The notes: a model not told the origin generated them from the letters alone. Positions 52,501 through 64,000 are shown, counted from the first letter of the stretch. The stretch: DNA of 64,000 bases from Blepharisma stoltei ATCC 30299 (GCA_965603825.1 CBFDEM010000063.1:310001-374000); one strand, 5' to 3'. A program made the numbers and translations.

Positions 52501-55500
52501 TCATAAACTGTATCTTTTATCTGGCTGAGTCTTAAGCCGAATACTAAATCATTTGATAAGTTGCATTGATTACCAGCTACAGAGTATCCTGAAGGACAAA
52601 ATTCCAAGCAAATATTTGATAGCATAAACAATGAAGTCCCACATTGAATGCATTCAGTGAAAGATGGTCCAGAGCATATAGAGCAAATTGTGTGGCAAAG
52701 ATCACATGTCTCTGTGCTTCCATTCCAATAAGCATTTAGGTTGCATTGGCATGAATCTCCTACAAATCCCGCATTTGTTATACAGCTTAAGCACTTTTGT
52801 GTAAAAGATGTGCATTTATAGCATTCTTTTTCTCTGCAAAGTGTGCATGCTAGATTGCTTCTACACCCATTAGAGCATGATGTTTTGCATGGATCACATG
52901 CAGTGCTATCTGGATAATTCGTCAATGAGCAAGAGCTTGGACAGAAATCTCCAATCGGGCAACTTGTGCAAGGATTTGCAGTGCAAGTCGTAGTTGTTCA
53001 GTCGGAATTAGCATGAGTTTCATCATTATATATTTTTAAACTCCATAGGAATCCTTTGAAGCCAGTCTGTGGCGCATTATCAAAGCCAATAAGTAGCGTT
53101 CCAGTAATGCTGTCTCTTAGATAAGTTTTGGATATTGAAGTAACTGTTTTGAGAAGAAATGAGTCTATATAACTATAAGAACTATAAGTCCCATCTGCAT
53201 TAATTGATCCAGAAAATGACAAGTAATGCCAATCAAAAAATAAATTTTGTAGCGTAGCTGCGTTAAGAGATGATCCATCTTTAAGTAATAAATTGAAATT
53301 TGGATAGCCGCTGCTGTCAGTTTTAACAACTAAATATTGAGAAGCTCCATAGTATTTTTCAATTAAAACTCCCTGGTCAATAACCTTAACCCAAAGCATA
53401 ATAGAGAAATAAGGACTAAAAATTAAAGAGCTAGTCATGTGACTTTGTCCAGTGAAATAGTATCCACGGCTAATTGAAGGAATGGGATCGTTTGAATCAA
53501 TCACAGGATAAACATTTGTATTGAGGTTTCCAACATTAAACCCTGATAAAGTGTCAAGCACTATATAATCATCCAATTCTAAATCTACAACTAAACTATT
53601 CACTAAGTCACATTTATTCGTGCCTGTGTTTTGACTATAACCGGTTGGGCATTGTGTATCACATATAACATTTAAAAAATAATATGTTGAGTCGCAAGCC
53701 GAGCATTGGTTATAATGTGATGATGTGCAAATAGAGCATCCAGTAAAGCAAGGCAAGCAAGAAAACCCATCTGGAGATGAGTAATAATCTAAATCACAAC
53801 TGCAAGGCGAGCCATGGGCATGAGAAACACAAGTAGTGCACTTATTTGCATCAAATCCAGCACACACGCTGCAAAGGGGGTCATCACAAATATTACAAGA
53901 TCCACTTCTCGTGCATCCCAAAGTACAAGTAGAATCGCAACTATGGCATGCTGCTGAATATCAGTATTTACTTATATCGCATCCCCATAGGCAAGTAGCT
54001 AATAAGCCAGACCCACAAATTTCATTGAGCTGTGCTGAAAAATCAGAAATAGCAACATTCCAAAGTTGATATTTGTAGATAAACCCTGTGAAATACGATG
54101 ATGAGCTGCCACCTATTTTGATTTTTTGATTAACCTGATCTCTATAAATTAGAGTATTGTAAGTAGATGATGCAACAGAAACATTGTTATTATAAACAGT
54201 TAAAGTAGTTATTACTGTCGGATTGTCAAATGAACATGCAAATGATAAGTATTTTCACATAGTAAAAGGAGTGCTTGATAGTGTTTGTGATGAAGCTGTC
54301 TCTGATGGGCTTTCTAGTGTAATTTTTATAGAGCCAGATGACTCTACAGTAATTATTGAATTGGATAAAATATCTCCTGAAGAAATGACGTAAGTCCAGA
54401 AACCCATCGAGAAACTATGAGAAAGATAAATGTTATCACTTGATATTAAATATTGACTTCCTTTGAAATATAGACCTCTTTGTTTCGCGGGGATAGGATC
54501 CACTGCTTCAGGTGAGTTGAAGAACTGATAGAAGCTTGTGCTTGTCCCGGTAATAAAACCAGTATAAGTTCCTTGAAAGTCCCCATTGAATGTCGCATCG
54601 ATCACAGGCGAGGTGACTATTACACATGGACTTGTAAATCCATATGGGCAGGCTCTTAAACAAATATTTGAAACGAGATAATAAGATCCACAAGTTGTGC
54701 ATAAAAAATATTGGTTTGTTTGACATTGAGTGCATAAATTATCGCAGATTTGGCATCCGTCTGAGCTTTGTTCCCAAAAAGCATTATTATTGCAAACGCA
54801 CGTAGTCCCTGAAATACTGGCATTTGTTATGCAGGATGTGCAAGAACCATCAAAAGCTGTGCATGCTAGGCATTCTTTGTCTTTGCACAGTCTGCAGGTG
54901 AGTGTTGATCTGCAACCATAAGGACATGAACCTTCACAAGAAACACAAGAACTTGAATAAAACTGTCCAAATGGACAACTATCAGGACATTTAAGCTCAG
55001 AAGGGCACGCTGTGCATCCAGGACAGCCTGATGTTATTCATTCCTGAGATGTGTAGGTATTGTCATTATAAATTTTGAAACTTCATAAAAATCCAGTAAA
55101 ACCTCCAGATGCTGTACTGTCTTTTCCAATGTAAAGTGTTCCAAGATCTTTATAATATGCTGAGGAGGCAGAAGTAGTTGATGTTGGCGTTCCTCCATCT
55201 ATTGATCGGGTAAGAACAGTCTGTCCTGAAGTAAGTCCACCAGTAAATGCTATATAATGCCAACTTGAAGACAGACTTGGAGAGCTACTTATGCTAACTG
55301 AAGTCGAATCTGAAAGCCTAAGATTAATTCCAGATATTCCTGAGGCAAAATTTATATAAGAGTATTTTGTAGTACCATCGAATTTCATAAATAAATATCC
55401 ATCACTAAGAGGCTTTACTCAGATTAGTAATGAGAAATATGGACTTATAGTGAATGATGCAAGACTCATATAATTATTTCCTGAAAAATAGTATCCTCGA

Positions 55501-57192
55501 TAAATTGAAGGAATCGGATCTGTTACCTCCCAAGAAGGATATTTATTTGAATTTGAAGATCCTACAGACAATCCACTAACTGTATCTAATTGAATTAAAT
55601 TCTGAAGTGAAATACTTAAAGGATTTGACGCTGATAATGTGCAAGCATGGCCTGACGAATCAGCTGTATAACCAGTAGGACAATAAGTAAGACACATTGT
55701 TTTCAATAAATAATAGCTCGATGAAAAGCTGCTGTATTGATAATAAAGACCTCCAGTGCATGATGCACATCCTGTAAAGCATTGCACACAAGAAAACCCA
55801 TCAGTAGAAGCCACATATCCAGCATTGCAAGTGCAAGGAGTTCCAGACGCATTAGAAACACATTGTGTGCAAAGACCTGTTAAAAATCCTGTACATTTGC
55901 TGCAAAGAGGGTCAAAGCAAACATTGCACGATCCGCTTCTAACACACCCATTTGTGCATGAATTACAGTTTGTAGGAGTTGCTCCGTCCATCCATTGAGA
56001 CAAAGGGCAAGTCCAAAGGCAGTTTGCATATGATAGAGTGCCACAAATTTGATCTGAGTATTGAGTATTAAAGTTGGAGACTGCTGCATTTCATAGAGTG
56101 AATTGATAAATGTAGCCTAAAAAATTGGTTGACGAGCTTTTACCGAGAATTATTTTATTGTTTATTTCGTCTCTATATATGTATTGATTAGTGGTAATAG
56201 AAGTTTGTGGGGAATTGTTTAAATATGGGGTAATAGTGGTTGATATAGTTGATGAAGAAAATGAACTAGTAAAAGAAATATAGGCCCAAGCTAAGTTTGA
56301 TGGATTTAAAGCTGGAGTTGTTACTGTTGTAGTTGCTTCTAGTCTACTCTCTAATATAATAGTCAGAACACCATTCGCAGATATTGTTATTTTATTCTTT
56401 GTCAGAATATCTCCTGAGCCTGATAGTATTAAAACCCAAAAGCCAATTGAAAAATTAAGCGAAATGTAGACAGCAGATGCTTGAAGGTATGATCCACCAG
56501 AAAAATAAAGTCCTCTACTTTTAGCTGGAATTGGATCTACTGTTTCTGGGGTAATAAAAAATTGATAGCTACTTGAACTTGTTCCTGTTTGAAATAGGCC
56601 ATAAATTCCTAAAAAATAATTAGCAAAATTTTGATCAATGACAGCTGTAGATACTGAAGTGCAAGGCGAGCCGAATCCATAAGGGCATGCTCTTAAACAT
56701 ACACTTGAAACTAGAACATTTGGAGATACGCAGGTTGTGCATAAAAAGTTTATTGAGCCAGTACAAACATTGCATAAATTGTCACATTTATCACAGGTTC
56801 TCGTTGTATAAACCCAATAAGCATTTGTCCCACATGTGCATACACCACTAACTTTCTGCGCATTTGCAATACAAGTATTGCATGTCAATGTTGGGTTATT
56901 CCACACAGCGCATCTATCTGTGTAGCACTGGTTGCAATTGTCTGCTATAGCACAATTTCCCTTTATTAAAAGTAATCCAGCAATCTTAGCATTATCTATG
57001 ATTGGAATAAACCTGACATTAAGAACTCCGCCAGAAAATGCTCCAGAAATTAAATTTCCTCCAATATAAACATTTCCGCTTAAAAGTGTAAATTCAATAA
57101 ACACATCATAAGCTGCATTTTTGCCTGCGACAACAACTAAGTCCAAATTCGAATAAGCTGTATAGCTTCCAATGGCTATTGAGAATACTCTT

Positions 57193-57407
57193 TTTCCAGG
57201 CTTATGATTTTTGCTCCTGGGCATATTAATCGATCGGATTTATTAGCAATATTGATGTAGATTTTTCTAGAAATCATTTAATTGGAAAGCGTTATTTTAG
57301 CCAAGCAAAAGTTCTGAGAAAAAAGTTTTGACTAAATATTAACGAGATATTGACGAGATTATGTCTCCAAGTAAAAACTTTGACCAAAAGACCTTACATG
57401 TTTCCAG
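57193..57407. mobile_element. 201-bp insertion flanked by a 7-bp direct repeat TTTCCAG (putative target-site duplication)
   Basis: TTTCCAG at 57193-57199 and 57401-57407. Removing 208 nt gives AEIF-W-TVTGKRVF, matching copy E SEIYFTQTGKRKF. Confidence 0.75.
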
Positions 57408-58349
57408 TCACTGTTCAAAAAATTTCAGCAAATTCGAGAATCAGTACATAAGTCCCATCTGGACTCACTGGGATGTCATATCCTCAAGTTCCAGTCGAAA
57501 CCCTTTCTGATTGATAAATATAGCCATTTAGTGTTTGAGTAATTGTTTGAGATCCATCAAAATAGGAACTGCCTTGGGTATTATAAGTATCAGGGGAATA
57601 TGTAAAGCCATATGCTGAGACATAAGTAATGCCTCCTGTATTCATAGCTAAGACAACAGTAGTGGGATCAAGAGATAAGGATAGGATTATATTTATGAAA
57701 ATAATCAGAAGTTGCCAAAAACCAACTAGCATTTTTATATTATTAATATCTCTCTTAGAATTTGGATAAAAATTGCAGTGATCATGATGAAAAATGGTGA
57801 CACAATAGATTTACAGTTCTTCGCTGGTTTAGTGATTTATTTTAGTTATATCATGAAAAATATTTTTATAAATTATAAGAAAAAATATTATTATTACTTC
57901 CTAGTTAATAGGCTCACCAATAGAAATAACTTTTCTATAAGGCTATCTCTTAAAATGAAAATGTATATAATAAGATAACTCATAAATTTTAAAAGAAGAT
58001 TTATTAAACCATAAGCACAATAAATAAATCCAATTTTGATATCTAACCGCATCAATAAAACCGATAGCTGTGTATATTATAGAGAATAAAGATTTCTTCA
58101 TATGGAGTTCTCAGACTCAGAATTTGAGACCAAGGCGGCATAAAATTTCATGCACCTAGTATGATTTTTTATGAATTCTGACCTATCTCTCGAGCAAGAA
58201 AGCCCATTGAATTAATATAACTAGCCTATCCTATATTAATATTAATGTCCTAATCCTCACTTACGATACTAAACCTTGCTTATTCTACTGAAGTTATTAA
58301 CCTATTTCACTTAAAAAGCCAAACCAAATATTATCCAATAATTACTTAT

Positions 58350-59258
58350 TTAATAATCTCTTTTTCTCCCATAGCCTTCTCTATCATCTCTTCTACCATA
58401 ATCTCTTCTATCATAATTATCTTTTCTTCCATAACCTCTATCTTCTCTTTCAAAATCCCCATACCTATTTTCTCTTTCACTATCCCCATACCTATTTTCT
58501 CTTCCAGCAAAGTCTCTTTTTTCATATCTATCTCCACTGTCACGTCTCGGTAATTTTGATTTTGGCAGCGACGCGTTTACCACTAAAGCTCTCCCATCAA
58601 GCTCAACACCTGAAGAACTCAATGCTTTTTTGGCTTCTTCAGGAGCAGCAAACTCAATAAAGCCAAATCCTTTAGGTTTCCCTTCATAATCAGTCACAAT
58701 TTTTGAGGTGAGAACTTGTCCGTACTGCGAGAAATGCTGGGTAAGCATTTCGTTAGAAATTGTGTTGCTAATATTTGCGACAAATATTTTGCAGCTTACT
58801 GACTCGTTTTTCTCCCCAATCTTTGACACTCTGACCATTCTTCCCAGAAATTCTTTTCCACTTAACTGAAGGCCTGCTTTAGCTTTTTCAGCGTTTTCGA
58901 ATCTGACAAAGGCAAAACCTCTTGACTTTCCTTCGAGGTTTTTTGGAATTCTTACACCGACGACTCCTCCAGTATTTTTGAAAAATCCTTTTATGTCTTC
59001 TTCGGTAGCTGACCAGTCAACACCTCCAATGAAAAGATCGGTGTCTGGGTTGCTGAAAGAGGTTTGTGTAGCTTCTGATGTGGAGCTCTCAGAATTGTCC
59101 CCTGAGAAAGTATTGAATCTTCTAAAGGAAAAGGCAGAGAGCGGGGTTGCGAATTGGCGGCAGGCACTGAACACAAATGAGGGTTTGAAGAGGAGGGTTG
59201 AAGCCTTTTTCAATACTACAGCACGGCCGAGTTGTTTGGCATATGTGAACAGCACCAT
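58350..59258 (-). CDS. Two-RRM RNA-binding protein with probable mitochondrial presequence and R/D/Y/G-rich tail (302 aa)
   Basis: RNP2 LFIGGV and IFVANI, RNP1 RGFAFVRF and KGFGFIEF. Basic, Ser-rich, acid-free N-terminus from ATG 59258. Confidence 0.85.
   Translation of the reverse strand: MVLFTYAKQLGRAVVLKKASTLLFKPSFVFSACRQFATPLSAFSFRRFNTFSGDNSESSTSEATQTSFSNPDTDLFIGGVDWSATEEDIKGFFKNTGGVVGVRIPKNLEGKSRGFAFVRFENAEKAKAGLQLSGKEFLGRMVRVSKIGEKNESVSCKIFVANISNTISNEMLTQHFSQYGQVLTSKIVTDYEGKPKGFGFIEFAAPEEAKKALSSSGVELDGRALVVNASLPKSKLPRRDSGDRYEKRDFAGRENRYGDSERENRYGDFEREDRGYGRKDNYDRRDYGRRDDREGYGRKRDY
58443..58505 (-). repeat. 27-nt coding tandem repeat (RENRYGDxE, about 2.3 copies)
   Basis: ttctctttca(aa/ct)atccccatacctatt repeated in the tail of the RRM gene. 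Confidence 0.8.
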
Positions 59259-59625
59259 TTTATAAGCGCTCACCGCAAACCAGAAGAAATTTATTAACAA
59301 AATAAATTTTAATAGTAAAATTATTGAGCAGAGTAATGAGCGTAATGTGATGATAGCATTTTAAATTTATAATAATTATTGCTAGATTTTAGATTGAGAA
59401 ATATTGAATTTAGCTAATTCAACTTTTTGAAAAAAGAAAAGATACTTTGATTAATTTTTTGACTATCCACATGAATATCCATAAAATTCACAATACTTTG
59501 ACAAAAATGAGGTTTTTGGATAACTTATAAGAAATCTTATGTTTATTAGAAATATTAGAGTATTTATTTTTAAATAGATAAAGTTTAAAAAGTAATGCAA
59601 TTTTAATTTACAACTAAAAGGACGT

Positions 59626-61548
59626 TTATAATGCTCTTCCGTTTGCGAAGAATTCTCCTTCTCTATAAGCAATTTTTCCTCTAAGATAGGTAACTAAGAC
59701 TTTTCCTGCCAATCTTTCGCCCACAAAAGGAGACACAGAAGGATGTCTCATATACTGACAATTCTGCACATCAGTCTCATAAGGATTCCACACAAAAAAA
59801 TCCGCAAACTTTCCAACTGCTATGCTCCCTTTCACTTTCTCAATGCCTGCAATTTCTGCTGGTTTCATGCTTAAAATCTGTGCCAATTTCACAGCATCTT
59901 CTCTTGGGTCATTTCTAATAGCTCCATAGCAGCATTGTAAAGTAAGTCCAATGCTGCTTACTCCACTAACTGCTTTTTGAAAATCCCCATTACTGATATT
60001 CTTTAATGCAGGCTTGACTGGCTGATGATAAGATGTCACTGTGTCTATGCTTCCCATTCTCAGTAAATCCAATATAAGTTGCCTATTTTTTTCTTCTCTT
60101 ATAGGAGGATGTGCTTTAAATCTTGTATCACCATCTCTTATATGGTTCATTGAAAAGTGTATATAAATTCCGCAAGTCTCACATGTGAGTGATAGCTCTG
60201 GGCACTCAAGTTTGGCTTTTCGAACCGCGTAGACTGCATTTGCAGAGCTGACTGAGGAGATGTGGACTTTAACATTTGGAAAATTTTTTAATTCGGATAA
60301 AACGCTTTGGATTCCATTTGTTTCTCATTGCTGAGGAGAATTTGAAAGGAAAACTCGATAATCTGCTTGGTCTGGGTGCTCTATTTTTTCACAGTCTATT
60401 GGTGGAGGCCTCCACGAGTTTCTTCTTAATTCTGGGTTAACTGGCTTAATCTGTGTAGGTTTCAAAAAATTTTGTTCAAAATCCGGAGACCTAAAATTAT
60501 TAAAATTTGTTTGATTTATTGAAAATTTAGGAATTTCTGGGGTTTCTTGGGGGTTTTTAACTTCTGAGTTGTAAATGGTGTTTCCTGAATGTGAATAAGT
60601 GTTAATTTCTGCTTTAATTAAGCACTCAAAATTTTCGCTTTCTTTTTTGATTTTTCCTTCAAACTTCTTTTTTTCTTCAAGTTCGCCTTCACCACTTGAG
60701 CTTGACGAAGACGAGCTTGAAGAATCAGAAGAAGTCGGCGAAGATTCCTCAGGCAATGACGCTGCAAATAAAAGTGCAGCTGGCATTGTCCTGATTTTTC
60801 TTCTATCTAACCCGTATTGCCTAAAAGGTGAACTCATATAAAGGAATCTTTCTGAAGTTTTCTCAGGGTGTATAAAAAGTGGCTTCGGATATTGGCTGAC
60901 TTCTTGAAAAAGTAAAGGCAAGTTTTCAGTAGTAAAATACTTGAGGTCTCCAAAAGGAGGTATCATGTAAACTTTAAACCCTACAATACCTGAGCGAGAT
61001 AAGTTACTTATTTCACTGAGGCTATTAGGATCAATAAATGCTAAAAACCCAATATCACAATACAAATTTATATTGCTCAAGTTATTAAGCTTCATAAGAT
61101 AGTCATTTAATGTTGTTAATGTAGATCTTGCAAGAGAAGGAGATTCAATAACTGTAGTGACTCCTCCTGATATTGAAGCTTTAGTCCCTGACTCATAGCC
61201 TTCTCAATCTTCAATCATTGAAGGATTTACTGGGTTTTCACTGTCTAAAGCATCTCCTTCAAGCTCTGAACTGACTTCTTCGTTAAAACACGCATTTAAA
61301 TCAATTATGCCGGGGCTGATGTAAAGGTCTCCATAACTAATTCATGTGTATTCAGAGTAGCTGGGCATAATTTCTGGAATTTGAGAGGTGTCGAGTAATT
61401 CGATTATTTCCACAATATATTCATCCTTGATTAGGATGGCAGCTGGAATTGTTTTGGATCTTCTATGTTAATAATACCCTTCCAGAACTACGTTATTAGA
61501 ACAAATTGCCTTGAGAATTGGCTGATTATGCAAGTCGTTTTCGGCCAT
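59626..61548 (-). CDS. Allantoinase-like amidohydrolase-fold protein, probably catalytically inactive (about 635 aa, TGA=Trp, one intron)
   Basis: D-W-EGYESGTKASISGGVTTVIESP, GFKVYM, FIHPE, Q-W-E, LTCETC, DGDTRFKAHPPIRE, KGSIAVGKFADFFVWNP, SPFVGERLAGKVLVTYLRG. Confidence 0.85.
61463..61477 (-). other. 15-nt intron (GTATTATTAACATAG), phase 2, contains an in-frame TAA
   Basis: Removal restores VVLEG-RSKTIPAAILIKD. Confidence 0.85.
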
Positions 61549-61949
61549 ATTTTATAACTTTATTAAGCCATTTTGTAAGAGAAATAGAGGAGTTATCAGA
61601 AAAAAACTTTGGTAGAAAGGATTTTAAAAGAATAAAGAGATAGAGATATCAGCAAGCATATCAAGCAAGTGCTCGATGTGAAACGGTTTATTGAATTTAA
61701 AGCTGCTATAGCTATTTAGGTTTATAAAGACCGAAAGAATCAATATATTCATATAATAGGAAAACTAATTAAAATAGTGTTTATGGTGTTCAAAGATAGC
61801 TAAATTTAGATCTGATGAATGGTTTTATATAATTTATTAAAACGAAAAATATAATAAATTCCATAAAAAATGGATTTAAATATTTTTAGCCATTCTGAAT
61901 ATTTTATTGTTAATTTCTATTTCTTTAGGTTAATGATAAATTAGCATAC

Positions 61950-63069
61950 TTAGAAGCATTTGCGGTGAGCAATGCTAGCTCTTTCTTCATCATAATCAGC
62001 CTTGGTGATCCACATCTGTTGGAAGCTTGAAAGTGAGCAGAGAATTGACCCTTCAATCCAGACTGAGTATTTTCTTTCAGGTGGTGCAACAACTTTAATT
62101 TTCATACTTAGTGGTGCCTTTTCTACAAGTTCTTTTTTGAGTCTTTCAGCAATTCCTGGAAACATGGTAGACCCTCTATTCATGACAACGTTTCCGTATA
62201 AGTCACTTCAGATATCCTCGTCACATTTCATGATTGATTTATAAGTAGCCTCGCTCATGACGTCAATATCAAGCTCTAACAAGCTTGGCTGGAATAAAGC
62301 TTCTGGAACTTTAAATCTTTCACTTCCAAGTGTTACTGCACTTCCGTCAGGCATCTCGTAGTTCCTCTTGATTTCTGAAAAAGTTCTAGCTTTGTTGTTT
62401 CTTCTTTAAAGTCCAAAGCAACATAGCAGAGTTTCTCTTTGATATCTTTGACGATTTCGATTTCAGCTGAGCTGCGGCCTCTCTCAGTCATAAGACTAAC
62501 TAAATGCAAGGTCAAGTCACGACCGGCGAAGTCGGTTCTTTGAATTGCATGAGGCGGAACGTAGCCTTCTAAGATTGGGACGACGCTGGTGACTCCGTCG
62601 CCTAATCCACGACTATACCAGTTGTTCTGCAAGAGCTATATAATGCCAGCACAGCTTGGATGGCGACGTAGAAAGCAGGGATATTGAATTTTTCGAACAT
62701 GATTTCGGTCATCTTTTCTCTGTTGTTCTTAGGGTTCAGAGGAGGTTCAGTGATGAGGACTGGGTGCTCGTCAGTTGGAACTCTTAATTTGTTGAAGAAA
62801 GCATGATGCCAGATTCTTTCCATATCATCCCAATTAGTAGCAATGCCGTGCTCAATTGCATATTGAATATCGAGAATACCTCTATAAGCTTGTGCTTCAT
62901 TACAAATATAGACTTCTTTTTATTCAGTTGATTTAATGACTACAGGCACTATTGGGCGACCGCAAATGCTTGGGAAGATAGCTCTTGGACAATCGTCGCC
63001 GGCTCAACCAGTCTTACACATTCCTGAACCGTTGTCAATAACGATAGCTTGGAAGTTCTGATCCACCAT
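61950..63069 (-). pseudogene. Actin pseudogene
   Basis: Runs from MVDQNFQAIVIDNGSGMCK through [11 protein letters not shown] to HRKCF. Contains an in-frame TAA (~62921), a frameshift/stop at GIVVD* (~62602), a second frameshift (~62385) and a short deletion after TERG. Confidence 0.9.
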
Positions 63070-63157
63070 TTTAATTATATATTTCTATTTCTGTAAATCT
63101 TCTAATTTTTATAGAATCATATTTTTTAAAATCAATTTACAAGACTTAGGTTTTTAT

Positions 63158-63946
63158 TTATGCATAGCAATACTCATCTATTGTCTTCTTTTTATTAAAA
63201 ATGACTGTAGTCCCTTCAAATGCGAAAAATTCACTAAATCCCACATGATCTTCGTTTCCCCAATCATATGTATACCCTAATCCTGTCCATGGCGAATTAT
63301 CATAAATTTCTTCGTTTCTAAAAGATTTTTCAAATTTGTTACAAAGCCACTTAAAGTGCTCAGTGTTAATTTTCACTCACTTTTGCGATACCTGATCAAA
63401 TGATTCCGCGCAATACCAAGGACTATTATCGGTCTGATTAACCTGACCTTTCATTTGTATATCTAATTGGCACTCCTTATCAGAAATTTCAGGATCTGGG
63501 CATCCTCTGAAAATTTTCTTTAAATCTACATAAACCTCTATCATTCCTGTCATATCAGAGTCTGGGGGAAATCCTAAAGCTTGAATGACCCTTTTTGTTT
63601 TATAAAAAGTATACGTTTTACACTCTTCCTGCAAAAAAGGATACACAGTGAGCATTGTGTCTTCTTTAAGCTCAAATTTATCTCCAGAGTTATAAGGATA
63701 ATAATCTATCCGATCAGATATAACCATAAGTACATTTCCGTCCTTATCAAAAGTAAGATCAGAGTTATCAGTTTTAATTGCTACTAAATCTTTTACAATT
63801 TTTTCTTTTGTTGGCTCTTGGGCATCTGTTAAAGCATCAGCATAAGCTTTACAGTCTGGATCATCTTCACATTCCCCTGAAGGCTGCTGTATTTCTTCAA
63901 AAGCTACTGCAAATAAAAGAAAAATTCCTAATAAGAGTTTATTCAT
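63158..63946 (-). CDS. Secreted hypothetical protein with QALGFPP / FRGCPDPEI / PWTGLGYTYDW motifs (262 aa, one TGA=Trp)
   Basis: Signal peptide MNKLLLGIFLLFAVA. ORFs 63377-63946 and 63158-63376 join in frame via TGA. Confidence 0.8.
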
Positions 63947-64000
63947 ATTATTTATCTTTATTAATCTTTATAAGCAGTCTTTAGTAATCAAATCGTGATA

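Larger units (their letters stand above)
48861..57732 (-). pseudogene. Giant lectin-module multipass membrane gene, copy F: SP - malectin (interrupted) - L1..L6 - shortened stalk - TM domain
   Basis: One frame from 48861 to ~57200. A 208-nt frameshifting insertion sits in the malectin domain. Several conserved Cys are substituted (YYQYSSFSS, CAVWNN). Confidence 0.75.

Noticed and set aside
13868-56089. Numerous short plus-strand and alternate-frame ORFs in the array (for example 24561-24803, 36194-36427, 32763-33119)
   Set aside because: These are antisense or off-frame shadows of the giant minus-strand genes, and they recur only because the genes are paralogous.
57201-57411. 211-nt GT..AG intron explaining the copy F insertion
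   Set aside because: It would restore the frame, but all other introns are 15 nt, and the 7-bp direct-repeat solution gives a better match to copy E (TGKR).
13930-57732. TGA as selenocysteine or Cys in the Cys-rich proteins
   Set aside because: Where paralogs differ, TGA alternates with TGG (Trp) and not with Cys codons.
1-64000. TAA/TAG=Gln ciliate code, or TAG=Gln
   Set aside because: TAA and TAG end the intact genes. In-frame occurrences are confined to 15-nt introns and to genes that look disrupted.
1-64000. CRISPR arrays, tRNA/rRNA genes, telomeric repeats, prokaryotic operons
   Set aside because: None seen by eye. The repeats are paralogous coding modules and the sequence is eukaryotic.

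Overview
AT-rich, gene-dense eukaryotic DNA that reads as a heterotrich ciliate macronuclear-type sequence (Blepharisma-like). In-frame TGA codons align with Trp in paralogs and conserved motifs, every gene I could trace ends in TAA or TAG, and the introns are 15-nt GT..AG. The supplied ORF track (standard code) therefore fragments most genes. Left flank (1-13.1 kb): NPC1/patched-like 3' end, GET4, a dual-FHA protein, two tandem WD40 + TRP-like channel genes, an FCP1-type CTD phosphatase and a Rab2-like pseudogene. Centre (13.9-57.7 kb, minus strand): a head-to-tail array of five giant genes plus one remnant. They encode signal peptide - optional malectin domain - a variable string of [LamG/concanavalin-like + Cys-rich furin-like] modules - stalk - multipass (about 8-9 TM) membrane domain. 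Copies differ by whole-module gain and loss, share near-identical mosaic tracts, carry two conserved 15-nt introns, and show TATA- or TSD-flanked insertions and TA-junction deletions. Two copies look intact (B, C) and three are disrupted (A, E, F). Right flank: a two-RRM protein, an allantoinase-like protein lacking most metal ligands, an actin pseudogene and a secreted protein resembling a bacterial hypothetical family. All family assignments come from motif recognition by eye; no searches were run.
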